Source: Euglena gracilis (taxonomy: Eukaryota). Taken from it: 64,000 nt of DNA. Position numbers and translations under genes: made by a program. Shown piece by piece: positions 24,964 to 36,292 of this stretch. Within the stretch, counting starts at the first letter, position 1. Every line of letters starts with the position of its first letter. Where the stretch lies: contig CP154954.1 in assembly GCA_039621445.1 (NCBI GenBank), forward strand, positions 13,510,716 through 13,574,715. The letters run 5' to 3'. The notes under the pieces are model-generated. The model saw nothing but the letters and a program-made list of their open reading frames with translations. It ran no database searches and was not told the DNA's origin.

Positions 24964-27510
24964 GGGGGGGGGGGTTCGGTCGGAGCGGCGAGGAGGGCCT
25001 CACCGCCGGGCGCTGTCTTGGCCGTGATGACCGTGATTACCACGATGTCAAGCGCCCCATCCCTCCTCCATTAGGTCGGTGGACCCTCAGCCGCTCGACC
25101 ATGACGGGGTAGTGGGGGCTTCACAGGTTGTCGCCAACAGTCCAAGGTGGACTGACGCATCGGTGGGGGGACGTCGGCATCGGCGTCCGGGGACCGCGCC
25201 GTGGCTGACGACCTCGGCGGGGCTGGGTGCTTGGCTAACGCTGCGCGTGCCGGAGGGGGTGTCCGCCGCCTCTTTGCTGGAGCCAGGTCCTCTACTGCTC
25301 GAGCCCACCGGTGGTCCGCCTCTTCCGCCGGCGCGGAGACCCGTAAAGACGACAAGAAATCCTTCCATCGCTGCTGGAATAGCTCGTATCAGGCAGCCGG
25401 CTCCCCAACGGTGGGCGACACGATCTGCACTGGCCAGCGCTGGTTGTGGCTGTCCCGAGGCCAGGTCCCAGGGCACCGACCACGTCTCGGGGGATCATGT
25501 AGTCCCGCAGCTCGGCGTCCATGCCCACCTGGCGGCGCAGGCGTCCGGTGAAACCCAGGACCAGCGCGGACTCCGAGCTGGCCGCCGTGGATTGGAAGGG
25601 CATGCCGTTGTCCACTTCCCACAGCAGCCGGAGTGCGTTGCTCGGCAGCCCCTGCTCCACTGCCGCCGCCCGCAGGTGGGGGTGGTACCACAGCCAAGCA
25701 TCCAGACCAGCATCCACCTTCGCGATGGTTGCCACGGGGCGAGGTTCCGGACGGGCAGCCAGCTCTCGCTCAGCTCGTCGACGCCAGCGGTCTGCATCAC
25801 GATGCACAGTGGGGGTGCGGTTGTACAGCCACCGGCCGCCACACAATGAGTGCCGCTGGAGGGGGGGGCTCAGGTCCACGGAGCCCACCAGGTTGGCCAG
25901 CGCCTTGGCGAAGCCGGACAGGCAGTGAGCGGGCAAGGAGCCAGGGGTGGTCGTGTAGTGCTTGCCCACCAACTACTCAAAGAGGTCCAGAAAGTCCTCC
26001 GAACGGCTGCCGCGGCTGGCGGGGCAGACCACAGTGTGCTCCCGCAGTAAGACAACTAGGCGTGACTGCAGCCAACACCGCCTGGGGCTACCGCACGGGG
26101 GGGCCTGCGGGGGACTGGCTGGTGCCAGCGGGGCATTGGGGCGCTGGCGCTGCTGAGGCTCCCGGGACCGCAGCTCGGGGACTCTGAGACGCAACTCTTG
26201 GGGCAATGCACACGAGGAGCTGCTCGCCGCCGGGGCGGAGGACACGACTGGGGGGGCTGCTGTGGGATGGTCGGAGGGCGTGCGGCCAGCATCGGGGAGG
26301 TGGCCATGAGCTCACCACGACGGCGAAGGAGTTCCTGCCGTGCGCTCAGCCAGGGCCACGTGCAGCGCGGGCATGAACCGCTTCGCATCCGCCACTGCGA
26401 GAGCGTGATAGTGCAGCACGGTGGAGGGGACCAGCGCCGCCAGCAGGGGGAGGCAGTGCGCCGTCAGCCAGGCCGGTGAAGGGGGCGGCACACTCTGCTT
26501 CGAGGTGGCGCCCACACATCCAGCAGGGCCGGGAGGGGGGGGCAGCGCCGGTAGCCGGACAATCCATCAGCACGTGGGAGTCGTCCTCCACCTCCACCCC
26601 GCAGCACAGGCAGACAGGGGACAACACCCTGCCCGTGCCTTGTCGCGCCATATGCTCCTGCGTAGCGAGGCAGCCATCACGTACACAGGCGACCCACTTG
26701 ATCACCCGCGGGGCCACCATGTGCACGAAGCCACCGGACTGGACCACCGGCTGGCGGAAGATGGTGGTGGAGGAGGCCCAGTGGAAGTCCAAGCCCACGG
26801 GGAACAGGATGTCCAACCGTGGGCGAGGTCCCTTGGAGGACCACAGTCGCCGACAACGTCGCCTCCATGCCACCGGGATGGAGGAAGCACCCGACGCACT
26901 TCCACACGATCCGGGCAGCGAAGCCGACGCGTCTCCGGCATCGAGCCCCAGCCACGGAGGAGCTGTAGTGCGCACAGCGAGGCGGTGAGGACCTGAGTTG
27001 GCTGCAAGCCCAACGCCAGCTCCGTGGCGAGCAGCTCGCAACGGGTGCTGCTGAGCGGTGCGGGGACATGGAGCAGCAGGGACTCACCATCCACCGGACG
27101 CCATACCGCCGCACCTCATCCTCCGGCGGAGACCAAGCCGTCCGTGAACACCGCCTGCTCATGGGCGTCGTTGATGTCGTCTGGGGACGGCAGGGACGGG
27201 CCGCCAGGGACAGCTCCGGCAGCAGCCGTGACCAGGATGCGGAGCGGCTGCACTGCGCGTTCCGCTTGACGGAACAGCCCACCGCCGCAAGACCAGGGGA
27301 CGCTTGAGCACCACCGCGCCATCCCCTTCCGGCAGCACGACCGGTTCGTCCGCCGGACCCACCATCGGGACGTCCTCAGGAGGCCGGACAGACGGCGAGG
27401 TTGTCTGCGCCGCCGCTTGCTTGGCCAAAGCATCAGCAGCATCATTGCATACCGCCTTCGGCAGCCCGCGCTGGACACCACGGTCGTCATGCGCCGGCAC
27501 TTTCTCCACA
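24964..27510 (-). mobile_element. 3' portion of a LINE (RNase H end, CCHC finger, long C-terminal extension), frameshifted
   Basis: VEKVPAH...CNDAADALAK (RNase H end) and CLCCGVEVEDDSHVLMDC (C-x2-C...H-x4-C). Stop at ~25071, then a ~100-bp 3' UTR ending in a C11 run. Confidence 0.8.
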
Positions 27511-27609
27511 CAGTGGAAGATGCAGCAGCTGCTGTGTACAAACTGGGGGAAGGCTGTGGCAGTTGATAAATGGTGGTCCATGGGATAACCCCAGATGGCA
27601 ATTGAGCAT

Positions 27610-27790
27610 TGTCTGTGCAGGGTAGTCTCTCTCCTGCCCATAGTCCTGCTGCTGCAGGGGTCTTCTCTGTGCAGGGTTCTCTCTCTCCTGCCCATACTCG
27701 TGCTGTTGCAAGGCTCTCCTCTGTGCAGGGTATGCTCTCTCCTGCTGCTCATACTCCTGCTGCTGTTGCAGGGATCTTCTCTGTCCAGAG
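27610..27790. repeat. ~57-60-bp tandem repeat, 3 copies
   Basis: CTGTGCAGGGT..CTCTCTCCTGC..CATA.TC.TGCTG.TGCA recurs three times. Confidence 0.8.
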
Positions 27791-28055
27791 CAATCTCTGA
27801 CAGGTCTGTCCTGATCAGTCCTCCTCCAGTCTGGAGGGAAATCAGTTGCACTCCTCCTGTCCAGAGGGTCACTACCACGCTGTACAATGATCTATTTCTT
27901 TCAGGGATTCTGCTGCGACTTCTTGTCTGTATTTCCCAGTACTCAGCTCTTCTTTTCCTGTCAGCCTGCTTTCGTTCCCAGCTTACGAAAGCCAGGATGG
28001 CATCGACAATTTGCCGGGTTTCTGGCAACTACTTTTCTGGCTCGGATTTCATTGC

Positions 28056-28784
28056 ATGAACTTCGGTTCATTTGCAATGCCCGCCAGTAAAGCGCACTAC
28101 TTGCCACATGTAAAGCTACAATACGGATGGGAATCAGCCCCTGACGCACTGAATACAATGTTCGACAATATCCGAAAAATCGGACCACAAGGAATACAAT
28201 GGGAAGTATTCCCACTTCCAAAGGATATACAGTTGGTGACACACGAAATGTTCTGTTACAATTACCAAATTTTCCTCAACGAACACTACGGCCCCCACTT
28301 CCAAGTGGTCGGAATCGACCTGACATACCCACAAAAATTCGTCGTTTGGTGCACACACTGCCTCCACAAGTTCCCCGTGGACTTCTGGGGCTTTGGTGTG
28401 CGCGGTCGGACAACCGACCGCCCAAACGCACAAAGGGCGCAGCCCCACCAACGGGAATTGGCGGAGGCCCAACAACAACGAAGACTACTTGGACACATCT
28501 GCCACAATCCCCTCGAAGTTAGGGAAATAGGATACGCCAGACGAAACCACCGACAAATGCTTCTGCACATGCAGACGTTCCAATGGAGAGCATGGGTGTC
28601 CTATGCTCTGGAAATCTACAATTTATTCAACCCAAAACAACAACTCCCACAGGAATACCTCCCTCTTCGACCTGAATGGGACGAAGACGGAAAACGGAAG
28701 TACATCAAACGCCTGTTTGGCGAAACCCTCCGAAGAGAGGATTTTGCCCCATTTTTCAAGGGCAAACGCACAAATAAGGAGTAA
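28056..28784 (+). CDS. Unknown protein ORF-Y (~242 aa), cargo of an LTR element
   Basis: Open, non-repetitive frame with globular-looking composition and WCTHC and HICH motifs. Lies just upstream of ORF-X on the same strand. Confidence 0.55.
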   Translation: MNFGSFAMPASKAHYLPHVKLQYGWESAPDALNTMFDNIRKIGPQGIQWEVFPLPKDIQLVTHEMFCYNYQIFLNEHYGPHFQVVGIDLTYPQKFVVWCTHCLHKFPVDFWGFGVRGRTTDRPNAQRAQPHQRELAEAQQQRRLLGHICHNPLEVREIGYARRNHRQMLLHMQTFQWRAWVSYALEIYNLFNPKQQLPQEYLPLRPEWDEDGKRKYIKRLFGETLRREDFAPFFKGKRTNKE

Positions 28785-29069
28785 AAAAATTTGTCGGATG
28801 GCAAAACTTCCGTCTGCGACCACGTATAAAACTCCCTGAACCCCAACCTGCGGAGTCCGAGACAACACAGTCTGCAGCTGAACAACCTCCAACGGCTGCA
28901 CAATCTACAACGTCAACAGCCAAAGCAGCAGCGAAGTCTGCAACCAAACGTTCGGAAGAACGTTTGGCACAACCTCCACCTACACCTACCATGTCTGTGG
29001 AACACATTCCCGTACACTCTTCAGACTCTTCGTCGTGTTTCCTCTTCTGGGTCATCCAGCGATGAGGAA

Positions 29070-31310
29070 ATGGAAGAAGGGACAGACAATGAACACAGTA
29101 CACGCTCCGTCTCCTCCGCATCTGTGGAGTCTGAACCCGAAGATGCCGGCGTACAACATGCTCTAAGGGCCGAAGTGCCAGTTACAACGCCTGCTCAAAC
29201 ACGACCACAAACACCATTGCCAGACGCGGAACCTGACGCGCCTGCAGAATTTACAATGGCCGAAGTGCCTGAAGACTCGGCCGCAGCGCCTTCGGCAGAC
29301 GTGGTTCCACCTACTCCCGCACATGCGGAAGCTGGACAGGAAGCAACTGATGCTGAGATAATCGCATTTCGCGAACTGATCACAAGACAACAACGGGAAG
29401 GTATCGAAAGATACCAAGACCCCGACGACTTTATACTCATACCACCACAAGTTGGACGCGCTGCAGAACGCGGAAGCGTCCGAAGTGGCGTAGCCTCGAT
29501 GGTTGCAATGTTGCGATCGAGATCTTCCTCTTCCACGCGAAGTCCCCGTGACACGGGACTTGGCGAACAACCCATACAAGAAGCTCCGGCTTCAGCCCCG
29601 GCATTGGCAGCAGACGCGGCCAGTTCTACTGCTGACGCCCACACACCCGAAGCGGTGACAACAACCGAATCGACTACGGTCGAACAAACGCCACCACATG
29701 ACACAACACCCGTAGTGGTACACACACCTGAACAGGTGGTACCGACGGCTCCTGACGTACCACCTACCACCACACCAACGGTCAAACCTGCTCCAAAGTC
29801 GCCTGCAGAATGCCCCCTTCCGCCACAGCGGAAAGAGAAAGGCAGTAAGCCTAAGGCTAAACCACAGCCTGCAGAACCGTGCAAACCTGCTGAACGACAC
29901 AACGAACCAAAACCACCTCCACCTGGGAGTGGTAGCAAATCAGGAAAGCGGGCGAAGACCCTAGCTGCTACCACACCAGCTCCAACATATACCGAAGTGG
30001 CCGGGAAAGGCCGGGTCACTTCTACCCTCCGAGGTAGAACTCGACAAGATACAACGTCTGAGACCTCGCAAGAGGAAAACATGCCGGTTGACGATAATGC
30101 CACCCTTTGGCATGAGGACATTATCTCCAACCTGCCGAGCGTCGAAGAACGCATTGCCATGATACAATCAGCCCGCGAACGCGGAATTTTGTTGAACAAG
30201 TGGATTGAACCACTCTTCTTCAACGACCAGAAGCATAACTACTATGTTCGCCATATTTGGCGATTCTACAATGCCAGATCACCAAGAGTGTTTGCCCAGT
30301 ATCTTGGGGAAACATTCCTGTTTGACAATAGGCCGAATGGCCAAACAACTTGGCTCTGTACTGTCTGTCACAACATTCGTAACAGCACGCCAGCTGTGCA
30401 TGTCTGTTATGCAGACAACAAACGGAAAAACTTTCACCACAATGAGTTCGTTCCACACACAGCCGCTCTGATTTGCGGTGACTGTCTCCTTACCTGGAGA
30501 CAACTGAACAACTTCCGGTGGTCGGAAGAAGACAGAGACCGTGACGTACCTGTTTTCTGTGTCAAGTGCCTACGGGCAGACATATGGTTGCCCGCAGATG
30601 GCGGAAATCTCAAGATCGTACCCGGAAACGAGGACGTTCTGGAAGATTTCCTGAATTTCTACAAAACAAAACGACAAATGTACCAGCACAAAAGCTTCAA
30701 GAAAGCTCAGGCTTTTGACCGCGGCGGAATCGCCTTTGACTTCCAAACTGATTCCGGCGGAATCAGACTTGCTGTGGAATGTACAAAAGGGCGATTGCCC
30801 CTACTCTTCAATGATGACGACTGGAAACGAGTCATTTACCCACTCTTTACAAAGCCTTCAACGGTTTCTGAAACCACACAACGATGGTTATTGCCTGACT
30901 ATCCACCTGAACGACATGGTTACGAACATTATTCAGAATGGGTTGGTACCATTCTGAAACCACACATAACCCGCTGTGCCTATGCATCCCGCGCGCACAA
31001 CGTTGATTTCAACGCTCTGCCTGGGATGCCACCACAGGTACCAGCAAAAGATCCAAGATGGAACTATTACATATGGCCTGCAACTTTTCCGAGAGTTCTC
31101 TGGGAAAATTTGCAGCTTTACCTCCACAAGCGAGCTGAAACGCTCAAAACCGAACTGCCCAGGGAAATACAAGAAGTCAAAAGTTGGGTTATCCCACGGA
31201 TCAACATGGATGATCCTGACAAGGATACCCTAGACTTACGTCCAACTGAAATGACCTTGGTACAAGACCCACACATGGGTGAGTACTTCAAGGAAACCCG
31301 CAAACGTTGA
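29070..31310 (+). CDS. Unknown protein ORF-X (746 aa): disordered Pro/Thr-rich N-half and CxxC-rich globular C-half
   Basis: Long open frame with motifs CTVC..HVC, CGDC and CVKC. Two diverged homologs in this window are conserved at protein level. Ends ~380 bp before the PPT and 3' LTR. Confidence 0.8.
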   Translation: MEEGTDNEHSTRSVSSASVESEPEDAGVQHALRAEVPVTTPAQTRPQTPLPDAEPDAPAEFTMAEVPEDSAAAPSADVVPPTPAHAEAGQEATDAEIIAFRELITRQQREGIERYQDPDDFILIPPQVGRAAERGSVRSGVASMVAMLRSRSSSSTRSPRDTGLGEQPIQEAPASAPALAADAASSTADAHTPEAVTTTESTTVEQTPPHDTTPVVVHTPEQVVPTAPDVPPTTTPTVKPAPKSPAECPLPPQRKEKGSKPKAKPQPAEPCKPAERHNEPKPPPPGSGSKSGKRAKTLAATTPAPTYTEVAGKGRVTSTLRGRTRQDTTSETSQEENMPVDDNATLWHEDIISNLPSVEERIAMIQSARERGILLNKWIEPLFFNDQKHNYYVRHIWRFYNARSPRVFAQYLGETFLFDNRPNGQTTWLCTVCHNIRNSTPAVHVCYADNKRKNFHHNEFVPHTAALICGDCLLTWRQLNNFRWSEEDRDRDVPVFCVKCLRADIWLPADGGNLKIVPGNEDVLEDFLNFYKTKRQMYQHKSFKKAQAFDRGGIAFDFQTDSGGIRLAVECTKGRLPLLFNDDDWKRVIYPLFTKPSTVSETTQRWLLPDYPPERHGYEHYSEWVGTILKPHITRCAYASRAHNVDFNALPGMPPQVPAKDPRWNYYIWPATFPRVLWENLQLYLHKRAETLKTELPREIQEVKSWVIPRINMDDPDKDTLDLRPTEMTLVQDPHMGEYFKETRKR

Positions 31311-31693
31311 GGGTTTCCTACATCGTACAATCAGCTACGGCTGAGATGGGCGTAGTCCCACATAATGAGCGAAGTCTCGAGCGTGAATACGCACTTAATC
31401 ATCGCGTTCAACACCGTTTCAAGACCCTGTGGCGGAATCGCCTTAAGTTCGGTCGATAAAATGTTCATCGCGAAGACTCAAGACTACAAAGACACTACGG
31501 TGTCAAGTAAGAAGACGCACAAAGCACAGCGTGCGCGCCAGAATTCTTTTGCGCTTTGTGCTCCAAACACGGTAACCGTAATTGGGAACCAGACAATGGT
31601 ATCCTGGTACTGTCTCCCTGAACCTGGGACTGTGCCTGGCATCCCGACTGGCCTGGTCCAGAAGGGAAATCGGGCAGAGCCCTGGGAGGGGGA

Positions 31694-32125
31694 TGAGTAC
31701 CAGGCAGCCATTCTGCCATAGCACTGTGTACCAGATACAATGGGCTACGGCCTACAATCTGGCTACGGCCGGGCTGTACACAGTGGCATGGTTAAACCGT
31801 AAGACAAAGAGAGAATCTCAGAGCTAGCGAAAGATTAGCGAAAGTAACTGGTTCCTAATTCAAGATTATTGGGTTTAGTGCTTTGCAATTCTCTTTTGGA
31901 ATTCTGAGGGCGAAGTCCCATTTGTGTACAAGTTTTATTTCTTTCTTTTACAAAGATCGAAAGAGCAAAAGTCACTTTCAAATAAGGGACTGCGGTCCCA
32001 CCAATTCTTCTGCTTGTGTGCTTTGCATTCAAAAGTGGAAAAGGGAAACAAATTTTACTGTTACTCCCCCCACGGGCTTTTCGGGAGGAAAGCATAAGTA
32101 GAAAAGCCGGGGTGGGACGTACACT
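31694..32125 (+). repeat. 3' LTR of an ORF-X family element
   Basis: PPT GGGAGGGGGA upstream; ends TGAGTACCAGGCAGCC...GGACGTACACT, as in 15661-16128. Confidence 0.75.
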
Positions 32126-33117
32126 CATCACGTCGGACCGGGGCCCCCACTTCGGGGTGGCCTGGTGCAGGGCCATGTGCAAGGCTGGGGGTGCGCCACG
32201 CCTTATCCCAGGCGTACCACCACGAAGGCAACGCCCGCTCGGAGGTCCTCGGCGCACAGATCCAGAAGCGGCTGAAGAAGCTGAAGGCGGCGGAGGGCGT
32301 GGCGTGGCCGGAGGCGCTGCCGCGAGCCCTGCAGACCCGGCAGGTGCTCTTCGGCCGCGAGCGGTGGTACGACGGGTTGCCGTACCAGCCGCCCACGCAG
32401 GCCGAGGACGCAGTGGCCTTCTTCGAGCGCATGCAGGACATCGATCGTCGTGTCGCAGACATCTTGAACGAGGAGCACAGCAAGACAGCCGAGACGGTCA
32501 ACAAGCGGCGGAAGGAGCTGCCGGAGCTGGACATCAACGACAAGGTCTGGTACCTCCGCCCGTGCACCCGCTCTGGCGAGAAGCTGGAGACTTACTGGAT
32601 CGGGGCGTGTGTGGTGGCAGAGCGCACCAGTGAGCACACGTACGTGCTCCAGATGGAAGACGGCCGGAGGTTGGTGGCCCACCCATCACAGCTGAAGGGC
32701 TACCACCACGATCCGGCCCTCATGGGGCCACCGCTCCGTCTCTTCCACTTCCACCAATCCAGGGGGGAGGAAGGTTCCCGGCTGGACGGGTGGGAGGTGG
32801 AGGCGATGATCACCCACCAGCGCGATGCTAACAGCAACCTCAAGTTCCTCGTCAAGTGGCTGGGGTACGAGGAGAAGACGTGGGAGCCGCTCAGGCACTT
32901 CTTCTACCGGTACGCCTCCCTGATTGTGTCGTACTTCGTCGAACACGACAGCATGGAGGACATCTTGAAGTACCGCTCGAGGTTCCCGGAGGAAGCCCAC
33001 ATCGCCATATGCCACGGCGTGGAGACGGAGAAGGATAAGGAGAAGGAGTTTGGGATGTCCTGGGAGGAGCCACCAGAGGAGTGGATGTTGCAGGAAACCG
33101 AGGACGGAGACGTATGA
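32126..33117 (+). pseudogene. Ty3/Gypsy integrase C-terminal half plus chromodomain
   Basis: ITSDRGPHF and SQAYHHEGNARSE (integrase core), KVWYLRP..KLETYWIG (GPY/F-like), and WEVEAMITHQ..LKFLVKWLGYEEKTWEP (chromodomain). Confidence 0.88.
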
Positions 33118-34229
33118 CGAGAAGGTGATGATTCTGATGGAGACGATGACGAAGGTGATGGAGGAGGCGAAGGAGATCGAGACCAAGCAGACGGAAGAGA
33201 CGCTGGCCCGGCGGGTCCCCAACAAGCGGCCCACCCCAGCTACCCGGTAAGGGTCCACCGGCAGCCCGCGAGCGGCGAGCGCACCGTCTCCATGCGATCC
33301 GCGTCGGCGAGGGATACGCTCTCCCGCACTTCCCTTGCCGCTGCCCCACCGTCCACCACCCCATCGTTCCCCATGTCCCACGCGTACCCACCCCGCAGTC
33401 CAGGCGTACCTCAGAGACCCGGTCCCGAAGTCTCCCGTGCCCCCACGGGTAGAGGTCGCCGCCCCCGCATGTCGACCCTCAGGGACGCCCCAGCTCAAGA
33501 TCCCCCCCTCCCACCATGGGCCCCGTTCCCGTGCACCCCCAGGACCCGTCCCTGCGGCGAGGGGGCACCAACACCGGAGAACGTGCCCCTGCATGGCCAC
33601 GGTGCGACGCAGCCCTTCCTTCCCAACAAGGACGCCACCCCAGCCCCCTACCCACACTCCATTGGGAAATGGAAAAAGCCTGGTGTCAAACTGGGATATT
33701 TACAATGGTGGTCGTGTTCCAGTTCATCTTTCTGTTCCTTCCCCTCGCCTTCGACGGTCAGGACAGGCGGCTGGCAGCGCGCGCGCAGGAGAAGATGATG
33801 ATGCTCTGCTGTCGTCGTGAGGATATGCTGTGACGTCGGCGGCAGCTGGTTTCATCCCCTTTTGACCTGATGGCTACTGTGGATACTCTCACCCACCAAC
33901 CCAACCTCTTACACTGGTGTGCCACCCCTTCTCTTCCCCAACCGAAGCTGAGTCACGGTGAGCCTGGCCGAGGCCGAGCCAGGAGAAGGGAGACGAGAGA
34001 GAGCCCAGAGAGTAGAGACAGAGAGAGGAGAGCGAAGAAGCACGGGGCGAAAGCCCCGGAGACAGGCGAGCAAAGAAGGAGAGGAAAGGAGAAAGAAAGG
34101 GACCCCACCCCCAAGGGGAAACGACCAGGGGACCCGAGGGGGGGAACCCAACCGACCCCGGGGACAAGGGGGGCCCAGAGGGGACCCAGGAAAGCCCAAC
34201 ACCCCAGAGGGTGGGCACCCAAGAGCGGC

Positions 34230-35306
34230 CCAGAGGGGCCGTTCAAGAACGGGCCGTGGGGGGCAAGCACGTCCCAGAGAGGACGGCAAAAATGGCGGCC
34301 GGGCGGTCGCCCAGAACCGGGGGAGAGCCGTAAAGCAGCCCTGGGAGGCCGCCCACGACCCCAGAGGGTGAAGGGCGCCGAAATGAGGCCCAGGGCGGCC
34401 GCCCACGACCTGAGATGGGGGGGGCGCCGAAAAGCGGCCTGACCCCGGGTAGGGGGGGGAGTGGGGGTGAATAGAGGCCCAGGAGGGCCGCCCACGACGC
34501 CAGAGGGGGGGGGGCGCCGAAAAGCGGCCCAGGGGGGCCGCCCACGAAGCGGGGGGGCGGAACCGAAGAGCTTCCCAGGATGGGCCGCCCAAGACCACCC
34601 CGGGGGGGGGCAAGCACAGCCCGAGGGGAACGGCAAAAAAAAAGGGAGCGGCCGGGGGGCCGCCCCGACCCGGGGCGGGGGGACCGAAGAGCGCCCCAGG
34701 GAGCCTCCCACGACACCAGAGGTGGGGGGGCCAAAAAGAAGCCCAGGGGGGCCGTCCAAAAAAGGGGAGGGGCACAGAAGAGCGGCCCAGGGGGGCCGCC
34801 CAAGACCACCCTGGGGGGGCGGCAAGCACGGCCCAAGGGTGCCGGCAAAAAAAAAGATGGTGGCCTGGGGCCTCCTAAGACCACCCCGCGGCGGGGACCG
34901 AAGAGCCGCCCAGGGGGGCCGCCCACGACCCCAGAGGGGGAGGGGGCTCCGAAAAGCGGCCCGACCCCGGGAAGGGGGGTGCGAAAAGCGGCGCAGGGAT
35001 GCGGCCCACGAACCGGGAGGGGGGGGCACCGAAGAGTGGCCCATTGGGGCCGCCCGAGACCTCCCGGGGAGGGGGGCGGGCTCCGAAGAGCGGCCCAGGG
35101 CGGCCGCCCAATACTACCCCGGGGGGGGCAAGCACGGCCCAGGGGGGCCGGCGAAGAAAAGAGAGAGGGAGAGTGGCCGGGGGCCTGCCCAGACCCGGGG
35201 GGGGGGGAGAGCACCCAAGAGCAGCCCAGGGGGGCCGCCCACGACCCCGGAGGGGGGGGGGGCGCCGAAAAGCGGCTCAGTGGGGCCGCCTACGACCCCA
35301 GGGGGG
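34230..35306. repeat. G/C-rich satellite (AAGAGCGGCCCAGGGGGCCGCCCACGACC-type subunits); continues at 43243-43400
   Basis: Many degenerate copies of the motif separated by G runs. Confidence 0.85.
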
Positions 35307-36292
35307 TGTTGGGGGGTCCGGGAAACCTGCGGGAAGAACACCCACTCCGCTGAAGGGGGGGGTGAGGCTTCCCATGGCGAGTCCGCTCATCCCGCGAACA
35401 AGGTGAAGAGTGAGGAGAAGTTGTCCCGCCCCTCCTGAGGTTTGGGGGGGGCAAGTCCTTGGGTGCCTCCTGCCGAGGCGGAAGAAGTGTTCCTCTTGGC
35501 ATCCCCACGGGGGGGGGATTCAAGGTCTTTCTGAGCGCTAAAAGGGGGGGGGGGGTGTGCGAGGAGTCGCTATGACCGCACATAGCCCCTGCGCCTCCCG
35601 AAAGGTGAATGGCCGTTTGTTTGCAAGCTTGTGCGAGCCAGTGTGTGACCCTGTGGTTGGTTAAACTGGCCTGTGACCTGGAATGATAGGGGAGAAATAT
35701 CTTTGCACTTTGGATTTTTCTTCCGGGATGAAAGTTGGGTTCTCACATACGGAATAATGGCCAGAGTCATTTTCCAGAGTGTGGGACCTGGGGGACAGGG
35801 CGCAGGAAGAGAGGAGGGAATGACGCCAAAGGTAGGGAGTGCCTTAGCATAGGCTCCTATCCTAATCTGTGGCCATGCCTAATCAGTAACCTTCCAATAA
35901 CCCAGCCAGCACATGCATAAGTGTGAAAAGGGCAGTGGGCAGTATGGGGAGGTGGGGGTTGGTAGGGCACATGGTCTCATGGAGTTGCCCGCGTTCTGCA
36001 CATTTGTTTTTCATGTTCCACTTTCCACAGTGGGTTTCCCAGTTTTCCAAGTTTCTCAAACATGCAAGTCGTCAAGATTCTTGGACTATGAAACATCATT
36101 GAAAGAAGTCAAGGAATTCAATCAAAGACATTGTCAGAAGTTGAAACCACGGTAACATTCGTCGGCTGAACGGTCGCTCGTGAACCTCCATCACCTTTGT
36201 TTTGTTGGTTGCGAAGTCAGGTTGTTTTGCCTGTTTGTTTGGGTTTTGTTTTCCCAACATAGACCTTGGATTTACCCAGAAACAGTCTGGAA

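Noticed and set aside
33650-33950. Possible PPT and 3' LTR of the chromodomain Gypsy element
   Set aside because: A purine tract is present at ~33664, but I found no matching 5' LTR in the window.
33870-35438. Several 200-360-aa ORFs on both strands
   Set aside because: They are by-products of a stop-poor GC satellite and give Gly/Pro/Arg low-complexity translations.
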